Origin: Candidatus Gastranaerophilales bacterium
GTDB taxonomy: Bacteria > Cyanobacteriota > Vampirovibrionia > Gastranaerophilales > Gastranaerophilaceae
Direction of reading: 5' to 3'
Assembly (NCBI GenBank): GCA_947589705.1
Contig: CANQCO010000001.1
Location: 1 to 58,973, forward strand
DNA: 58,973 nt
The notes beneath the pieces are model-generated. The model was given only the letters and a program-made list of their open reading frames with translations, searched no databases and was not told where the DNA came from. Numbering within the stretch: position 1 is the first letter of the stretch; the number at the start of each line of letters is the position of its first letter. The translations under genes and the position numbers were made by a program. Positions 37,038-47,601 of this stretch are shown here, one piece after another.

Positions 37038-37865
37038 AGAAGATTTTATTTTTTCAGTTTTATTGGCATTAAGAATATTTCTAAGTTTCATAATAGCTTG
37101 AGCGTGGATTTGGCAGACTCTCGATTCTGTAACATCTATACTTTCACCGATTTCTTTAAGAGTCATATTCTCATGATAATAAAGGACCATAACCATACGT
37201 TCACGCTCAGGAAGTTGTTTTAATGCAGCTTGAAGTTCATTTTTTACATCTTTTTCTTCAAGTTTTTCTAAAGGATTAATATAATTAACATCCTCAATAG
37301 TATCAATAAGTTCAATACCTTCTTCACCGGAATATTTTTTATCATATAAAGAACCTATAGAAGTATCTTCTGCAAGTATTGAGATAACTTTATCTTTTTC
37401 CATGCCGAGATAATCTGCAATTTCCTGATTAGAAGGAGTTTTTCCAAGCTTTTGTTTCAGTATTTCAGCTGCTTTTTTAACATCTTTGATTTTTTTTCTT
37501 GTGCTTCTTGGCATCCAATCTTGAGAACGTATTTTGTCAATAATGGTTCCCTTAATTCTCATAATAGCGTAAGTTTCAAAATGAGCACCTTTCTCAGGCA
37601 TAAATTTTTCAACAGCATCTATTAGTCCTTCAATACCAAAACTTGATATATCATCAATTGCAATATTGGGGGGTAAATTTATCTTTATTCTCCCTATTAC
37701 ATATTTTGTCAGATATATATATTGAATAATAATTTGATCACGAAGCTTTTTATTTGTTTTATCAGCAAGATAAGACATCCATAGTTTTTCCAGCTCACTA
37801 TCTGAAAGTCGTTTAATATTTCCGTATGAATTGTATTTGATATCGTCAGTCATCAACTGCTCCAT
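37032..37865 (-). CDS. fliA: RNA polymerase sigma factor, FliA/WhiG (sigma-28) family
   Basis: FETYAIMRIKGTIIDKIRSQDWMPRSTR (FliA-type region 2.4/3 signature) and region 4 TLKEIGESIDVTESRVCQIHAQAIMKLR. Confidence 0.75.
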   Translation of the reverse strand: MEQLMTDDIKYNSYGNIKRLSDSELEKLWMSYLADKTNKKLRDQIIIQYIYLTKYVIGRIKINLPPNIAIDDISSFGIEGLIDAVEKFMPEKGAHFETYAIMRIKGTIIDKIRSQDWMPRSTRKKIKDVKKAAEILKQKLGKTPSNQEIADYLGMEKDKVISILAEDTSIGSLYDKKYSGEEGIELIDTIEDVNYINPLEKLEEKDVKNELQAALKQLPERERMVMVLYYHENMTLKEIGESIDVTESRVCQIHAQAIMKLRNILNANKTEKIKSSL

Positions 37866-37939
37866 TATAAAAGCACAACATAACTAATATCAATTGTAGT
37901 CATATAATAACAATATCAAATCATATATATAAATGAGTT

Positions 37940-38512
37940 TTAATAATTAATAAGAATTGGAGAATTTTTTATACGTTTTTGCCAAAAGGAAGACAATTCT
38001 ATATTCATAGAATAAGTTTCTCCAAACATTTCCTGTTCATATTTACTTTGATATTCTTCTTTACAAAAATCTTTATTAGTAATAAACTTTTTTATTTTAT
38101 TTTTTAAAGCAATGGGGAAAGAAAGATTTATTTTTAATATTTTATCAGTAGTACTGTAAAGAGTTTTTTCTGCTGCTATTTGAAATAAAGGATTAAATGT
38201 CTGTTCAAAATCAAAATTAATACCGGATTTTATATTGATAATATAAACACTGTCTTTGTATACTCTCAAATCCATACCGGCAACAATGTTGCCCTGTTCA
38301 TCTTTTAATACATATTTTTCTACATTATTTTTTGTTGAAAATTTTCTAAAAAGTCCTATAAATAGTTGTTTATGGCTGAACAAACTTTTTCTTTCTACTA
38401 TAATATCTTTTATCTTTTCCCACTTGGAAAAGATAAATGATTCATTTAAAAGATTTTCTAATATAAGAGAACTTTGATCTTTTTTTTCTGTTTTTGAAAT
38501 TGTATTAATCAT
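37940..38512 (-). CDS. hypothetical protein (190 aa)
   Basis: ORF only. No motif recognised. Confidence 0.35.
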   Translation of the reverse strand: MINTISKTEKKDQSSLILENLLNESFIFSKWEKIKDIIVERKSLFSHKQLFIGLFRKFSTKNNVEKYVLKDEQGNIVAGMDLRVYKDSVYIINIKSGINFDFEQTFNPLFQIAAEKTLYSTTDKILKINLSFPIALKNKIKKFITNKDFCKEEYQSKYEQEMFGETYSMNIELSSFWQKRIKNSPILINY

Positions 38513-38658
38513 ATGATAATAAATACCCTTAACTTAATTAGTTGAAGAAAATATAATCTTAAATATAACGTTAAGTTTCTGATTCTCCAGCCGTTAACTC
38601 TCCATACTTACCAAGATAGTTAATTTATTCTATATTCTAAAATAAAATAAGTCAATAA

Positions 38659-39696
38659 TTATTTACCTAAATATATCAAATTTTTATTACGTTGATTGCA
38701 TAAAGATAAATAAATTTTAAATAACGGTTTATATTTAATTAAAAATGTTTGTTTAATATTTCTATTTTTTAGGATATAAGAAAGAAAGCTGTATATTAAT
38801 AAATCTTTATTATATTTTTTAATTAATTTTTCAAAATAATCAACAAGCAGATATATATGTGGTGATATAAATTTATTTTGATGTGCTCTTGCATATAATA
38901 CTTCAATATCAAGAGCAATCTTTTTAACATTTAGTTTATTCATTAAAATAAAGAATTTATCAATCTCGTTTATATTATCATTAACTCCGGGAATAATTAT
39001 ATATTTTATAATAACGTTATCTGGGGTAGAAGAACTATCTACATATTTTTTTATATTAGAACAAACAGTTTCGAATGAATCTACACGTTTAATTTTTTTA
39101 TATGTTTTATTAGTAGCTGAATCAAGTGATATAACAATAGTTCCTTTATTTAATTTTAGTGCCTTACTTACGGTATCACTATACTTTATACCGTTTGAAT
39201 GGATTCTGACAATAGTGCCTTGTTCTATGAATAAATCAACCAGTTCATCAAAATTAGGCATTAAAGTAGGTTCACCGCCTTGAAAAGTTGCTTCGCCTCC
39301 TGATTTATAATAGCCTTTTTCAATTAAATCCTTAATAACAGGATAGGTATTATATGAAGTTTTTTTTGAATTATAATCAGAGGAGCAATAAATACATTTT
39401 GCATTACATATTCTAAAGTGTGAAAAATGAAATTCCGATATTTTTCGCTCGTTGGTAAACTGAAAATTATTAAGGTGATAGCATCCTTCACATTCAAAAA
39501 TAGTTTTTTGCTTTTGCTTTTGAATACGCTTTGCTTTTTTATCAAAAAGTGATTCCCAGTCTATAATATTTCCCTTGTAATTACTAATTAAAATAGGAAG
39601 TCCCCTGCCATCATTATGCGAAATACAGCAGTCACAAACCATATATAAATCAAAATTAATACCATATTGAAGAAAACTACAACCTTGATTATTCAT
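38659..39696 (-). CDS. radical SAM protein with Cys-rich N-terminal extension (paralog of 190-1161)
   Basis: CX3CX2C in ICNAKCIYC, GGEP SAM-binding motif (FQGGEPTL), and N-terminal C..CC and CEGC cysteines. Collinear with the 323-aa ORF at the left end. Confidence 0.7.
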   Translation of the reverse strand: MNNQGCSFLQYGINFDLYMVCDCCISHNDGRGLPILISNYKGNIIDWESLFDKKAKRIQKQKQKTIFECEGCYHLNNFQFTNERKISEFHFSHFRICNAKCIYCSSDYNSKKTSYNTYPVIKDLIEKGYYKSGGEATFQGGEPTLMPNFDELVDLFIEQGTIVRIHSNGIKYSDTVSKALKLNKGTIVISLDSATNKTYKKIKRVDSFETVCSNIKKYVDSSSTPDNVIIKYIIIPGVNDNINEIDKFFILMNKLNVKKIALDIEVLYARAHQNKFISPHIYLLVDYFEKLIKKYNKDLLIYSFLSYILKNRNIKQTFLIKYKPLFKIYLSLCNQRNKNLIYLGK

Positions 39697-39766
39697 ATAA
39701 CAGTCCCCAAGTACAAAAGAAAAAAGAACAACTAAAAAGCTGTTCTTCTTTCAAATTTACTAAAAA

Positions 39767-40021
39767 CTATTGAGCGTAGACACTAACTTGTTTTCTGTCG
39801 CGTCTATGCGGTTCAAATTTAACCACACCGTCAATTAAAGCAAATAGAGTATAGTCCTTACCCATACCAACATTGTTACCGGGATGTACTTTAGTACCCT
39901 TTTGGCGAACAATGATATTGCCGACAGAAACAGATTCACCGCCGAATTTTTTAACGCCTAATCTTTTACTTTCGCTGTCGCGGCCGTTTTTACTTGACCC
40001 GACCCCTTTTTTATGTGCCAT
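39767..40021 (-). CDS. rpmA: 50S ribosomal protein L27
   Basis: [24 protein letters not shown]...GNIIVRQ.GTK..PG.NVG.GKD.TLFA: canonical L27, with no N-terminal propeptide. Confidence 0.95.
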   Translation of the reverse strand: MAHKKGVGSSKNGRDSESKRLGVKKFGGESVSVGNIIVRQKGTKVHPGNNVGMGKDYTLFALIDGVVKFEPHRRDRKQVSVYAQ

Positions 40022-40043
40022 TTTATTATTCTCCTTAAATTAT

Positions 40044-40397
40044 TTATTCTTCAGTTGTATTTTCAACTGTTTCTGATTTTTTAGCCGCAGTTCTGATTTT
40101 ATTAATCATAACTCTTGTAAAATTTTGTCTGTGACCTTGTTTTCTTCTATAACCTTTTTTAGCTCTTTGTTTATAAACTAAAACTTTTTTTGTTTTATCA
40201 TTTTTAACAATAACACCTTCAACAGAAGCATTTTTAACATAAGGCTGTCCTATTTTTGATTTTTTACCGTTAACAAGCATAACGATATTTTCAAAAACAA
40301 CTTTAGAATCTGCTTCATTATTAAGTAATTCAATATCAACGTAGCGACCTTCCGAAACCTGATATTGTTTTCCGCCTGTTTCAATAATTGCAAACAT
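40044..40397 (-). CDS. rplU: 50S ribosomal protein L21
   Basis: [17 protein letters not shown]... and K...[19 protein letters not shown]: canonical L21, upstream of rpmA. Confidence 0.95.
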   Translation of the reverse strand: MFAIIETGGKQYQVSEGRYVDIELLNNEADSKVVFENIVMLVNGKKSKIGQPYVKNASVEGVIVKNDKTKKVLVYKQRAKKGYRRKQGHRQNFTRVMINKIRTAAKKSETVENTTEE

Positions 40398-40489
40398 TTC
40401 TTATTCCTTTCATTTGAGGCATTTGCAGCATATAGCATTTAAAGCAAAATACCTATCTAAACCCATGCACAATAGTACATTATGAGTTA

Positions 40490-40518
40490 AGTTTACCCTG
40501 CACAAAAAGTAAAGTCAA
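40490..40518 (-). promoter_or_regulatory. sigma-70-type promoter for rplU-rpmA
   Basis: On the minus strand TTGACT (40518-40513), 17-nt spacer, TAAACT (40495-40490). This leaves a leader of about 90 nt before the rplU ATG. Confidence 0.4.
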
Positions 40519-40542
40519 CAGTTTTACACGAAATAAATTGAA

Positions 40543-41601
40543 TTAGTCTTCATTTTTAATACTTAAACTTATCCTTCTGTCATCGGGATTAAATTTAAGA
40601 ATAGTAGTGAGAATTTTATCACCGACTTTAAGAATAACATCTTTTTGATTTTGATATTCAATTAGTTCATTATTAGGTAAAAGTGCCTCAACTCCCGGGC
40701 ATACTTCAACAAAAGCACCAAAATGTTTAATTCTGGTAACAATGCCTTCTACTTTATCGCCGTCTTTAATTTTATCTTTTGCTTCAAGCCAAGGGTCTTT
40801 TTCTAGATTTTTTAGGCTTAAACTTATTCTCTGTTTATCTTGGTCGATAACAATAACTTCAACATTAACAATATCACCGACTTTTAAGATATCGGAAGGA
40901 TGGTCGACCCATCTCCAAGAGATTTGAGAAAGCGGTAATAAAGCATCAACGCCGCCGATATCAATAAATGCACCGAAGTCTGTGATTCTAACTACTTCAC
41001 CTTTAACAATCTGTCCGACTTCTATGGATTCAAACAAATCTTTTTTTGTTTCTTCTTTATCTTCTGAATAAACTTTTCTGTTTGATAAAATAAAATTACC
41101 CTGCTGAATATCCATAGTAAGGATTTTAAGTTCGAGTTTATCACCTATGGAAGCTTCACCTTGTTTCAATTTTAACTGACTGGAAGGAACAAATCCTCTG
41201 ACTCCTTTAACTTCAACAAGAACACCGCCTTTAACAACGGATACAATAACACCTTCAACTATGGCATCTTCTGCTTTTAATTTTTCAAGTTCACGCCAGT
41301 TATAAGCAAGAGCAACTTTTTTATATGAGAGCATGAATCTTCCGTCTTCATCTTCTTCTCTAATTATAAGAAATTCATATTCCTGATTTTTTTTCAAAGT
41401 ATCTTCAAGCGAAACGGATTTATCAACAACAGCTTCTTTTGAGGGAACATAAGCAGATGTTTTAGCACCTATATCAACAATAACTCCGGAGGAGTCATAA
41501 GAACATACTATTCCTTTTACAAGATCTCCTTTTTGAAAACTGTAGTCATATTTATTGAGCAATGTCTCAAATTCAGCGTCCGTATACTTTTGTTCACTCA
41601 T
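40543..41601 (-). CDS. rpsA: 30S ribosomal protein S1 (four S1 domains)
   Basis: Four repeats of the S1 OB-fold pattern (G..V.G.V......G..VD.G....G..P.S). Start placed at MSEQKYTDAEF (ATG 41601). Confidence 0.85.
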   Translation of the reverse strand: MSEQKYTDAEFETLLNKYDYSFQKGDLVKGIVCSYDSSGVIVDIGAKTSAYVPSKEAVVDKSVSLEDTLKKNQEYEFLIIREEDEDGRFMLSYKKVALAYNWRELEKLKAEDAIVEGVIVSVVKGGVLVEVKGVRGFVPSSQLKLKQGEASIGDKLELKILTMDIQQGNFILSNRKVYSEDKEETKKDLFESIEVGQIVKGEVVRITDFGAFIDIGGVDALLPLSQISWRWVDHPSDILKVGDIVNVEVIVIDQDKQRISLSLKNLEKDPWLEAKDKIKDGDKVEGIVTRIKHFGAFVEVCPGVEALLPNNELIEYQNQKDVILKVGDKILTTILKFNPDDRRISLSIKNED

Positions 41602-41778
41602 CTTTTTTACTCCGCAAACTATCATTAATTTTTTATAAAAAGTATTATACCTCTTAAACGCCTTTTTGTAAATATTTTGAGATTTTAAATCTTAAAAAGA
41701 ATTATCATTACTATGTTAGTCAGTCCCATAACAAATTTAAGCCCGACTAACATAATAAATCATTTTTTATAATTAAAT

Positions 41779-42675
41779 TTAATACAAATAAGTATATCTT
41801 AAATTGAATGCACTATTATCTGTTTTAAGTTTATTAAGTGCTCTTGCTTCGGTTTGTCTTATACATTCTTTTGTTACGCCATAAATTTTACCTATATCTT
41901 CAAGTGTTTGTCTTTGTCTGTCAAAAAGTCCGAAACGCATTATTATAACATTTTGTTCACGGTCTTTTAGTTTATTTATCAAACCTAAAATATCTTTTTT
42001 CATAGATTCATATTCTAAGTCATTTTGAAAAGATGATTTCTTATCTTCGATAATATCTGATAATCTTACTTCAGAACCGTTATTTGCTTCTATATTTGCA
42101 TCAAGAGAAAGAGTCTGTTTATAGGCATTAAGACAATTATTTATTCTGTCTAAATCTGTATTCATTTTTTCTGCAATTTTTTCGGGATTAATATCAGTGC
42201 AGCCTTGTTTTTCCAGTTCTGCTTTGAATTTTGAATATCTTGAAAGAGTTTCCTGAATATAAACAGGAATTTTAAATGAATGCGATTGTTCTGAAATAGC
42301 TTTAAACATTGCCTGTTTAATCCACCAAGAGGCATAAGTTGAAAATCTGTATCCGAATTTCCAGTTAAATTTATCAACTGCTGCAATAAGTCCTAAATTA
42401 CCTTCCTGAATCAAATCAATCATAGGAAGTTTGCTTGAGTGAATTACCTTTTTTGCGATTGTAATAACAAGTTTAAGATTTGCCTTTATTAATTTTTGTT
42501 TAGCTGCTACATTTCCCTCTTTCGCCAATCTTGCTGTTTCTTGTTCTTCTTCTAATGTAAGATTTTTGTACTTTGATATTTCTTTTATGTATGTATTTAA
42601 GTCTGCATCTGCAAATAAAGGATTTGAAACTACTTCTTTTTCTGTTTCTGATGAATAAACACAATTTAAAACCAT
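41779..42675 (-). CDS. RNA polymerase sigma-70 family factor, RpoD/SigA-like but short (no region 1.1)
   Basis: Regions 1.2-2 (NLKLVITIAKK, LIQEGNLGLIAAVDKF.....RFSTYASWWIKQA), region 3 and region 4 (TLEDIGKIYGVTKECIRQTEARALNKLK). 298 aa. Confidence 0.8.
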   Translation of the reverse strand: MVLNCVYSSETEKEVVSNPLFADADLNTYIKEISKYKNLTLEEEQETARLAKEGNVAAKQKLIKANLKLVITIAKKVIHSSKLPMIDLIQEGNLGLIAAVDKFNWKFGYRFSTYASWWIKQAMFKAISEQSHSFKIPVYIQETLSRYSKFKAELEKQGCTDINPEKIAEKMNTDLDRINNCLNAYKQTLSLDANIEANNGSEVRLSDIIEDKKSSFQNDLEYESMKKDILGLINKLKDREQNVIIMRFGLFDRQRQTLEDIGKIYGVTKECIRQTEARALNKLKTDNSAFNLRYTYLY

Positions 42676-42943
42676 ATTAATACTCCTGATTTACTAAGTA
42701 ATACACACTATTCCGCCAACGGCAGAGCAAATAATGCCTATATGAGGCAGTTTTATGATATATTTGAAAGGAATCACTTATGTTTAAATAATTTTATATA
42801 TAATTTGTATATCTTTAATATATCACTTTGTAATTTTTATTTCAATCCTTTTGTAAAGACATGTTAAGTTAAAATTCAAATACTAATGATTTTTGTAATA
42901 TGTCGTTACATTATTATTAGAATAATAATGATAAAATAGTTTT

Positions 42944-45900
42944 ATGTTAGTTCAGGGAAGCATTAATTCACAAAAAGAAGAAATCCTTTTAAATAAATAC
43001 AAAGAATTCATAAATTCGGGAGTTAATGCCGAAGAAATTTTAGTACTTAAATTAAATCCTTATAAAAAAAATATTTTTTATGAAAAATTAATTAAGGAAA
43101 TTCCCGAAGATAAATTAAAAAATCACAAAATAATGACTCTGTACGGTTTAAGCTATAACAGCTTTTATGATAATAAAGAATACATAAAAAAATTAATAAA
43201 AACCGATGATGATAAAGAGATAAATTTATGCGGGCTTGAGGTCTCCCAATATATATTTAAGAAAAGCATAAAAGAAGCTGATTTTTCTGACTATATATCA
43301 AAAGTAAATCTTCTTCACCAATTATTCAGAAGATATTCTTTGATAGTACAGAATAATCTCAGTAATGAAGAAATAGTAAAACGCTCTTGCATATTAAAAG
43401 AATCGTTTTATAAAGATGCACAAAAAGCAATTAATGATTATAAAGTTAAAACAATAGAATACAGAAGTTTTGATTATTTAAGACAACTTGCCATATTACC
43501 TTTAATTCAAAAGGATACCGATTACTTTAAAGGAATAAAATACCTAATGGCAGATGATGCGGATGAAATGCCTTATATATTATTTCAGTTTATATATAAT
43601 CTTATTCCTCAGTTAGATGATTATATAATTATATATGATAAATACGGTTCAACCAGAAGCGGATACTTATGTGCATATAAGGGAGGAATTAATGAATTAA
43701 AAAAAAGATTCTCGCCTAAGGAAATAATTTTAAAAGACAATAGTTATTTTAAACAAACAGCTCAAACATTATACGAAAATATAAAAAACGGTAAAAAAAC
43801 CGATATATCAGAATTTAAATATATAAATACAACCAAACGACTGGAAATGGCAGATATTGTTATTGAGGATATTAAAAAATTAATAAATTCCGGAGTAAAC
43901 CCTAATAATATTGCTCTTATTACACCTGTTGCCGATGAGGTGCTTATTCAATATTTAACAAATAATAATTTTGGAATAAATTTTCAAATTATTTCGGGTA
44001 ATACAAAATTAGCAGAAATAAAAATAATAAAATATATTATTTCCATGCTTAAAATTGCAAATTCAATAAAAATAAATGACTATGAATTGAAAAGTTTACT
44101 TGTTGAATTTCTTAAGATACCTTATAGAAAATGTTTTAAGATAATAGAAAAGTATAAAAAAACGAACGAACTAATAAAATCAGAATTTGACAATGAAATA
44201 TACAGTGAAAAGTATATAAAACTTTTGAGTATAATTAAATCTATAAATCCCGAAATACACTCACTTACGGAGCAAATTAAGATAATTCGCTCTAATTTAT
44301 TAGAAATCGAAACAGAAGAAGAAATAAAGAAATATGATTTTTTTATAAAAGAAGCCCAAAGTTTTGAAACTGCCTTTTCTTCTTCAAGTGAAAGCATAGT
44401 TACGGATTTTATCAATCAAACAGAGAACAGTATAATAAGTGAAAACCCTGTAAATTCATTTTCATTAAAAGAAAACAGCGTTATATTAAGTTCAATTCAA
44501 AAATTATCCGATTATGAAATAAATACAGATTACCAAATGTGGCTTGATGTATCTAATTGTGATTGGTTTAAACAAGACACGGGAACATTATATAATTCGT
44601 GGGTTTTTAATAAAGACTGGAATAAAAATACATATTCTTCAGAAGATTGTATTAAATTAACAAGGGAAAAGACAGCTGCAACGGTTAGAAAATTAATATT
44701 ATGTGCAAATAAAGAAATCAGATTTTACTCCAGTATATATGATAATTTCGGAAATGAGAATTTTTCGGGGCTTTCTGATTTTCTTGAAATAAGGAAACAA
44801 ACAAAAAAAGAATATAACATAACTCCAAGGGATGACCAAAAACCGGTGTTGGAATATAAAGAAGGGAAAATGGCGGTAACGGCTGTTCCCGGGGCAGGTA
44901 AAACAACAATTTTACTTTCTTTAATAATAAAACTTCTAACATCCGGCGTTAATCCAAATAATATATTCGTTTTAACCTATATGGAATCTGCCGCTAAAAA
45001 CTTTAAAGATAAAATAAAGCAATATTTTGATGAATCAAATGTAATGCCAAATATTTCAACAATCCACGGACTTGCTCTCAGAATTATTAAAGAGAACGGA
45101 AATTATATTAAAATGGGACTTGATGAAGACTTTGACATCTGTGATGATATTATTAAAGAAAAAATTATAAAAGAAATTTTCTATAAATTGAAAATTCCTG
45201 ATGAAAAATATGAAAATTACTTAAAAAGCATTTCTATTGTTAAATTAAGCGGATTAAATAAGGAATTTAAATCAAAATACTCTGATATACAAGAATTTTA
45301 TAATTTTCTCAAATTATACAATCAGACACTAAAGCAAAAAAATTTAATAGATTATGATGATATGCTTAAATATTCCGTTTTGATACTAAAGACAGATAAA
45401 GAAACAAGAGAATACTATCAGAATCTGTGTAAATATATAATTGAAGATGAGGCTCAAGATTCAACGGATATTCAACAGTCATTAATCAATATTCTTTCAC
45501 AAAAGCATAAAAATATAGTAAGGTGTGGGGATATAAATCAATCTATTACTTCTACTTTTACAAATTCTAATTTAGAGAGTTTTAAGAAATTTATAAATGA
45601 AAATAAAAAAGTAGAGATGACCTCATCTCAAAGATGCGCAAAGCCTATTTATGAGCTTGCCAATAAAATGATTAAAGCAGCACAGACAAATGATAATACT
45701 AAAAACGCTTTTTATAATATATCCGTAAAAGGAACACCAAATAATCCAAAAGATAATAAAGAACCTGAGTATATTGTTTTTGATAGTGAAAAAGAAGAAA
45801 AGACTTTTATTTTAAATAAGATTAAAGAAATAAAGAAAAATACCCCCTGCTCTTCAATCGCAATACTTACAAGATTAAATTCCCAAGTAAATGATTATAA

Positions 45901-46768
45901 TGAATTTTTAAACTCTAACGGAATAAAAACTGCAGTAAGAACGGATTGTTTAGCTCAAAAAAGAATATATAAATACATATTTGCCGTATTAAAAATAATT
46001 GAAAATCCATTAAACAATGATTTAATAACAGATTTAATTGAATTATACTCAAATAATTATGCGAAAAATATAAAAGAAGATGCACAGGAATATATAAAAA
46101 CCCTCAAATCTCCGTTTATAAATATTAATGAAGATGACATACAGAACGAATTATTAGTACAAATATACTGGGATATAAATTACTGGCTTAATAATTCAAC
46201 CTTGCCGATAGATGAAACAGCACTAAAAATAGGATTATTTTATTCCAAAAATATAACAGATAAATCTAACACATATCTTATTTCTACTTTTATTAAACGA
46301 ATAAAAAATGAAAATGAATCAACGGATGAACTGTTAAAAAAATTAAATTATAATTCACAAAGACCTTTAAGTGCATACAAGTTTTTTGATGATAATTTGC
46401 AGGATGAAAATAATATTAATGTAATGACAATGCACAAATCAAAAGGTGATGAATTTGATTATGTATTTATTCCGCAATTAAATGAAGATAATTATTCTAT
46501 AAGTAAAGAGAATGTAAAAATAAAAAGTTCGGGACATTTTTTAGAAGCGGTAAAAAATTCTATATATAATTGTGGAATAAAGTCAGTTGAGCAATTAAAA
46601 AAAGAACAAATTGAAGAAACTTTAAGGCTTTTATATGTAGGTGTAACAAGAGCTAAAAGAGAGTTATATTTAACAACTGCAAAAAAATATCAAAAACGTC
46701 GTAATACTTGTGAGTGTGATTTTTTCATAAATTTATGTAACTATAGCAATAAAATTAATGTAATTTAA
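42944..46768 (+). CDS. 1274-aa fused double UvrD/Rep-like protein: degenerate N-terminal helicase-like half plus intact SF1 helicase C-terminal half
   Basis: C-terminal half: Walker A VTAVPGAGKTT, DEAQD (IIEDEAQD), MTMHKSKGDEFDYVFIP and LLYVGVTRAKRELYL. N-terminal half: same order of blocks but the P-loop is lost (VQGSINSQKE), with ILVL..N and LMADDADEM. Confidence 0.65.
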   Translation: MLVQGSINSQKEEILLNKYKEFINSGVNAEEILVLKLNPYKKNIFYEKLIKEIPEDKLKNHKIMTLYGLSYNSFYDNKEYIKKLIKTDDDKEINLCGLEVSQYIFKKSIKEADFSDYISKVNLLHQLFRRYSLIVQNNLSNEEIVKRSCILKESFYKDAQKAINDYKVKTIEYRSFDYLRQLAILPLIQKDTDYFKGIKYLMADDADEMPYILFQFIYNLIPQLDDYIIIYDKYGSTRSGYLCAYKGGINELKKRFSPKEIILKDNSYFKQTAQTLYENIKNGKKTDISEFKYINTTKRLEMADIVIEDIKKLINSGVNPNNIALITPVADEVLIQYLTNNNFGINFQIISGNTKLAEIKIIKYIISMLKIANSIKINDYELKSLLVEFLKIPYRKCFKIIEKYKKTNELIKSEFDNEIYSEKYIKLLSIIKSINPEIHSLTEQIKIIRSNLLEIETEEEIKKYDFFIKEAQSFETAFSSSSESIVTDFINQTENSIISENPVNSFSLKENSVILSSIQKLSDYEINTDYQMWLDVSNCDWFKQDTGTLYNSWVFNKDWNKNTYSSEDCIKLTREKTAATVRKLILCANKEIRFYSSIYDNFGNENFSGLSDFLEIRKQTKKEYNITPRDDQKPVLEYKEGKMAVTAVPGAGKTTILLSLIIKLLTSGVNPNNIFVLTYMESAAKNFKDKIKQYFDESNVMPNISTIHGLALRIIKENGNYIKMGLDEDFDICDDIIKEKIIKEIFYKLKIPDEKYENYLKSISIVKLSGLNKEFKSKYSDIQEFYNFLKLYNQTLKQKNLIDYDDMLKYSVLILKTDKETREYYQNLCKYIIEDEAQDSTDIQQSLINILSQKHKNIVRCGDINQSITSTFTNSNLESFKKFINENKKVEMTSSQRCAKPIYELANKMIKAAQTNDNTKNAFYNISVKGTPNNPKDNKEPEYIVFDSEKEEKTFILNKIKEIKKNTPCSSIAILTRLNSQVNDYNEFLNSNGIKTAVRTDCLAQKRIYKYIFAVLKIIENPLNNDLITDLIELYSNNYAKNIKEDAQEYIKTLKSPFININEDDIQNELLVQIYWDINYWLNNSTLPIDETALKIGLFYSKNITDKSNTYLISTFIKRIKNENESTDELLKKLNYNSQRPLSAYKFFDDNLQDENNINVMTMHKSKGDEFDYVFIPQLNEDNYSISKENVKIKSSGHFLEAVKNSIYNCGIKSVEQLKKEQIEETLRLLYVGVTRAKRELYLTTAKKYQKRRNTCECDFFINLCNYSNKINVI

Positions 46769-46840
46769 AATAAAAAGTGCTATAATAGTAGTAGTTAATT
46801 TTTAGAAATTATAATGAAAATTTTATAAAAAGGAATAGAA

Positions 46841-47188
46841 ATGACATATAAACATGGAAGTCTCGAAAATGAGATATTAAATGCCGTATGGAATATGGAA
46901 GAAAACAGTGCAGCTGTAAAAGATATATCAGTAAGCGAAGTTCTTGAAGAAATAAATAATAATGGAAATGTAAGAGCGTATACAACAGTTAAAACTGTTA
47001 TGGACAGACTTGTTGATAAAAATTTATTAAAACGACAAAAAATCGGAAAAAAGTTTTGTTACAAATCTGTCGAATCCCGTGAAGAAATGGCAAAAAGTGC
47101 AATAAATAAACTTGCAAGACAATATTTTAATAATGATATAAGTTCTTTAATGCGGGCATTAGAAAAACAATGCAGCGTGAAAGTATAG
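46841..47188 (+). CDS. BlaI/MecI/CopY-family winged-helix repressor
   Basis: E..IL..VW....(x)..V.EVLEE......AYTTVKTVMDRLVDK.LLKR...GK.F.Y. 115 aa. Confidence 0.65.
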   Translation: MTYKHGSLENEILNAVWNMEENSAAVKDISVSEVLEEINNNGNVRAYTTVKTVMDRLVDKNLLKRQKIGKKFCYKSVESREEMAKSAINKLARQYFNNDISSLMRALEKQCSVKV

Positions 47189-47547
47189 ATTATAAAGAAC
47201 TGCGAAAAAAAGCAGCAGAATTATATGATAAAGTCATAAATAAACAGATGTCAGTCAGGAATGCTCTATCACAATTTCCGGCTGATTGCGAAGATGCTAC
47301 GCTTATTACAGCTTGGCATGCTTTGTGTCATTTTGAAGCTGATGAGGATATTCGTGCAAAAGATAGTTTATATAAAGAAGTTCAGGATGATTATATCTCT
47401 TTTATAAGAGATACACTTAAAAAAGGAAATGAGCTTCCAAAGAATATTGTAAATAAATATATTCCATATCATGAAAATGCACTTATTCCAAATTCTAAAA
47501 GATTAAAGGGAATCTTTCAAACTTTAAAACGCTTTATAAATTGTTAG
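47170..47547 (+). CDS. hypothetical soluble protein (125 aa), overlapping the BlaI-like gene
   Basis: ORF only. Its ATG lies 19 nt inside the upstream gene. No TM segments and no M56 peptidase motif. Confidence 0.4.
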   Translation: MQRESIDYKELRKKAAELYDKVINKQMSVRNALSQFPADCEDATLITAWHALCHFEADEDIRAKDSLYKEVQDDYISFIRDTLKKGNELPKNIVNKYIPYHENALIPNSKRLKGIFQTLKRFINC

Positions 47548-47601
47548 AATCTTTACAGATTTATTAAATTTGATACAATTTAATAACAGCGGGGGTAAAT
47601 T

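Noticed and set aside
40398-40489. The roughly 90-nt rplU leader, considered as an L21-leader-type regulatory RNA.
   Set aside because: I saw only a direct repeat of AAATGC and no convincing stem-loop. A covariance-model search would be needed to assign it.
41713-41753. 9-bp inverted repeat ATGTTAGTC...GACTAACAT downstream of the SigA-like gene, considered as a terminator.
   Set aside because: The loop is 23 nt, and on the minus strand no T-run immediately follows the stem. It may be a regulatory or processing element in the rpsA leader, but support is insufficient.
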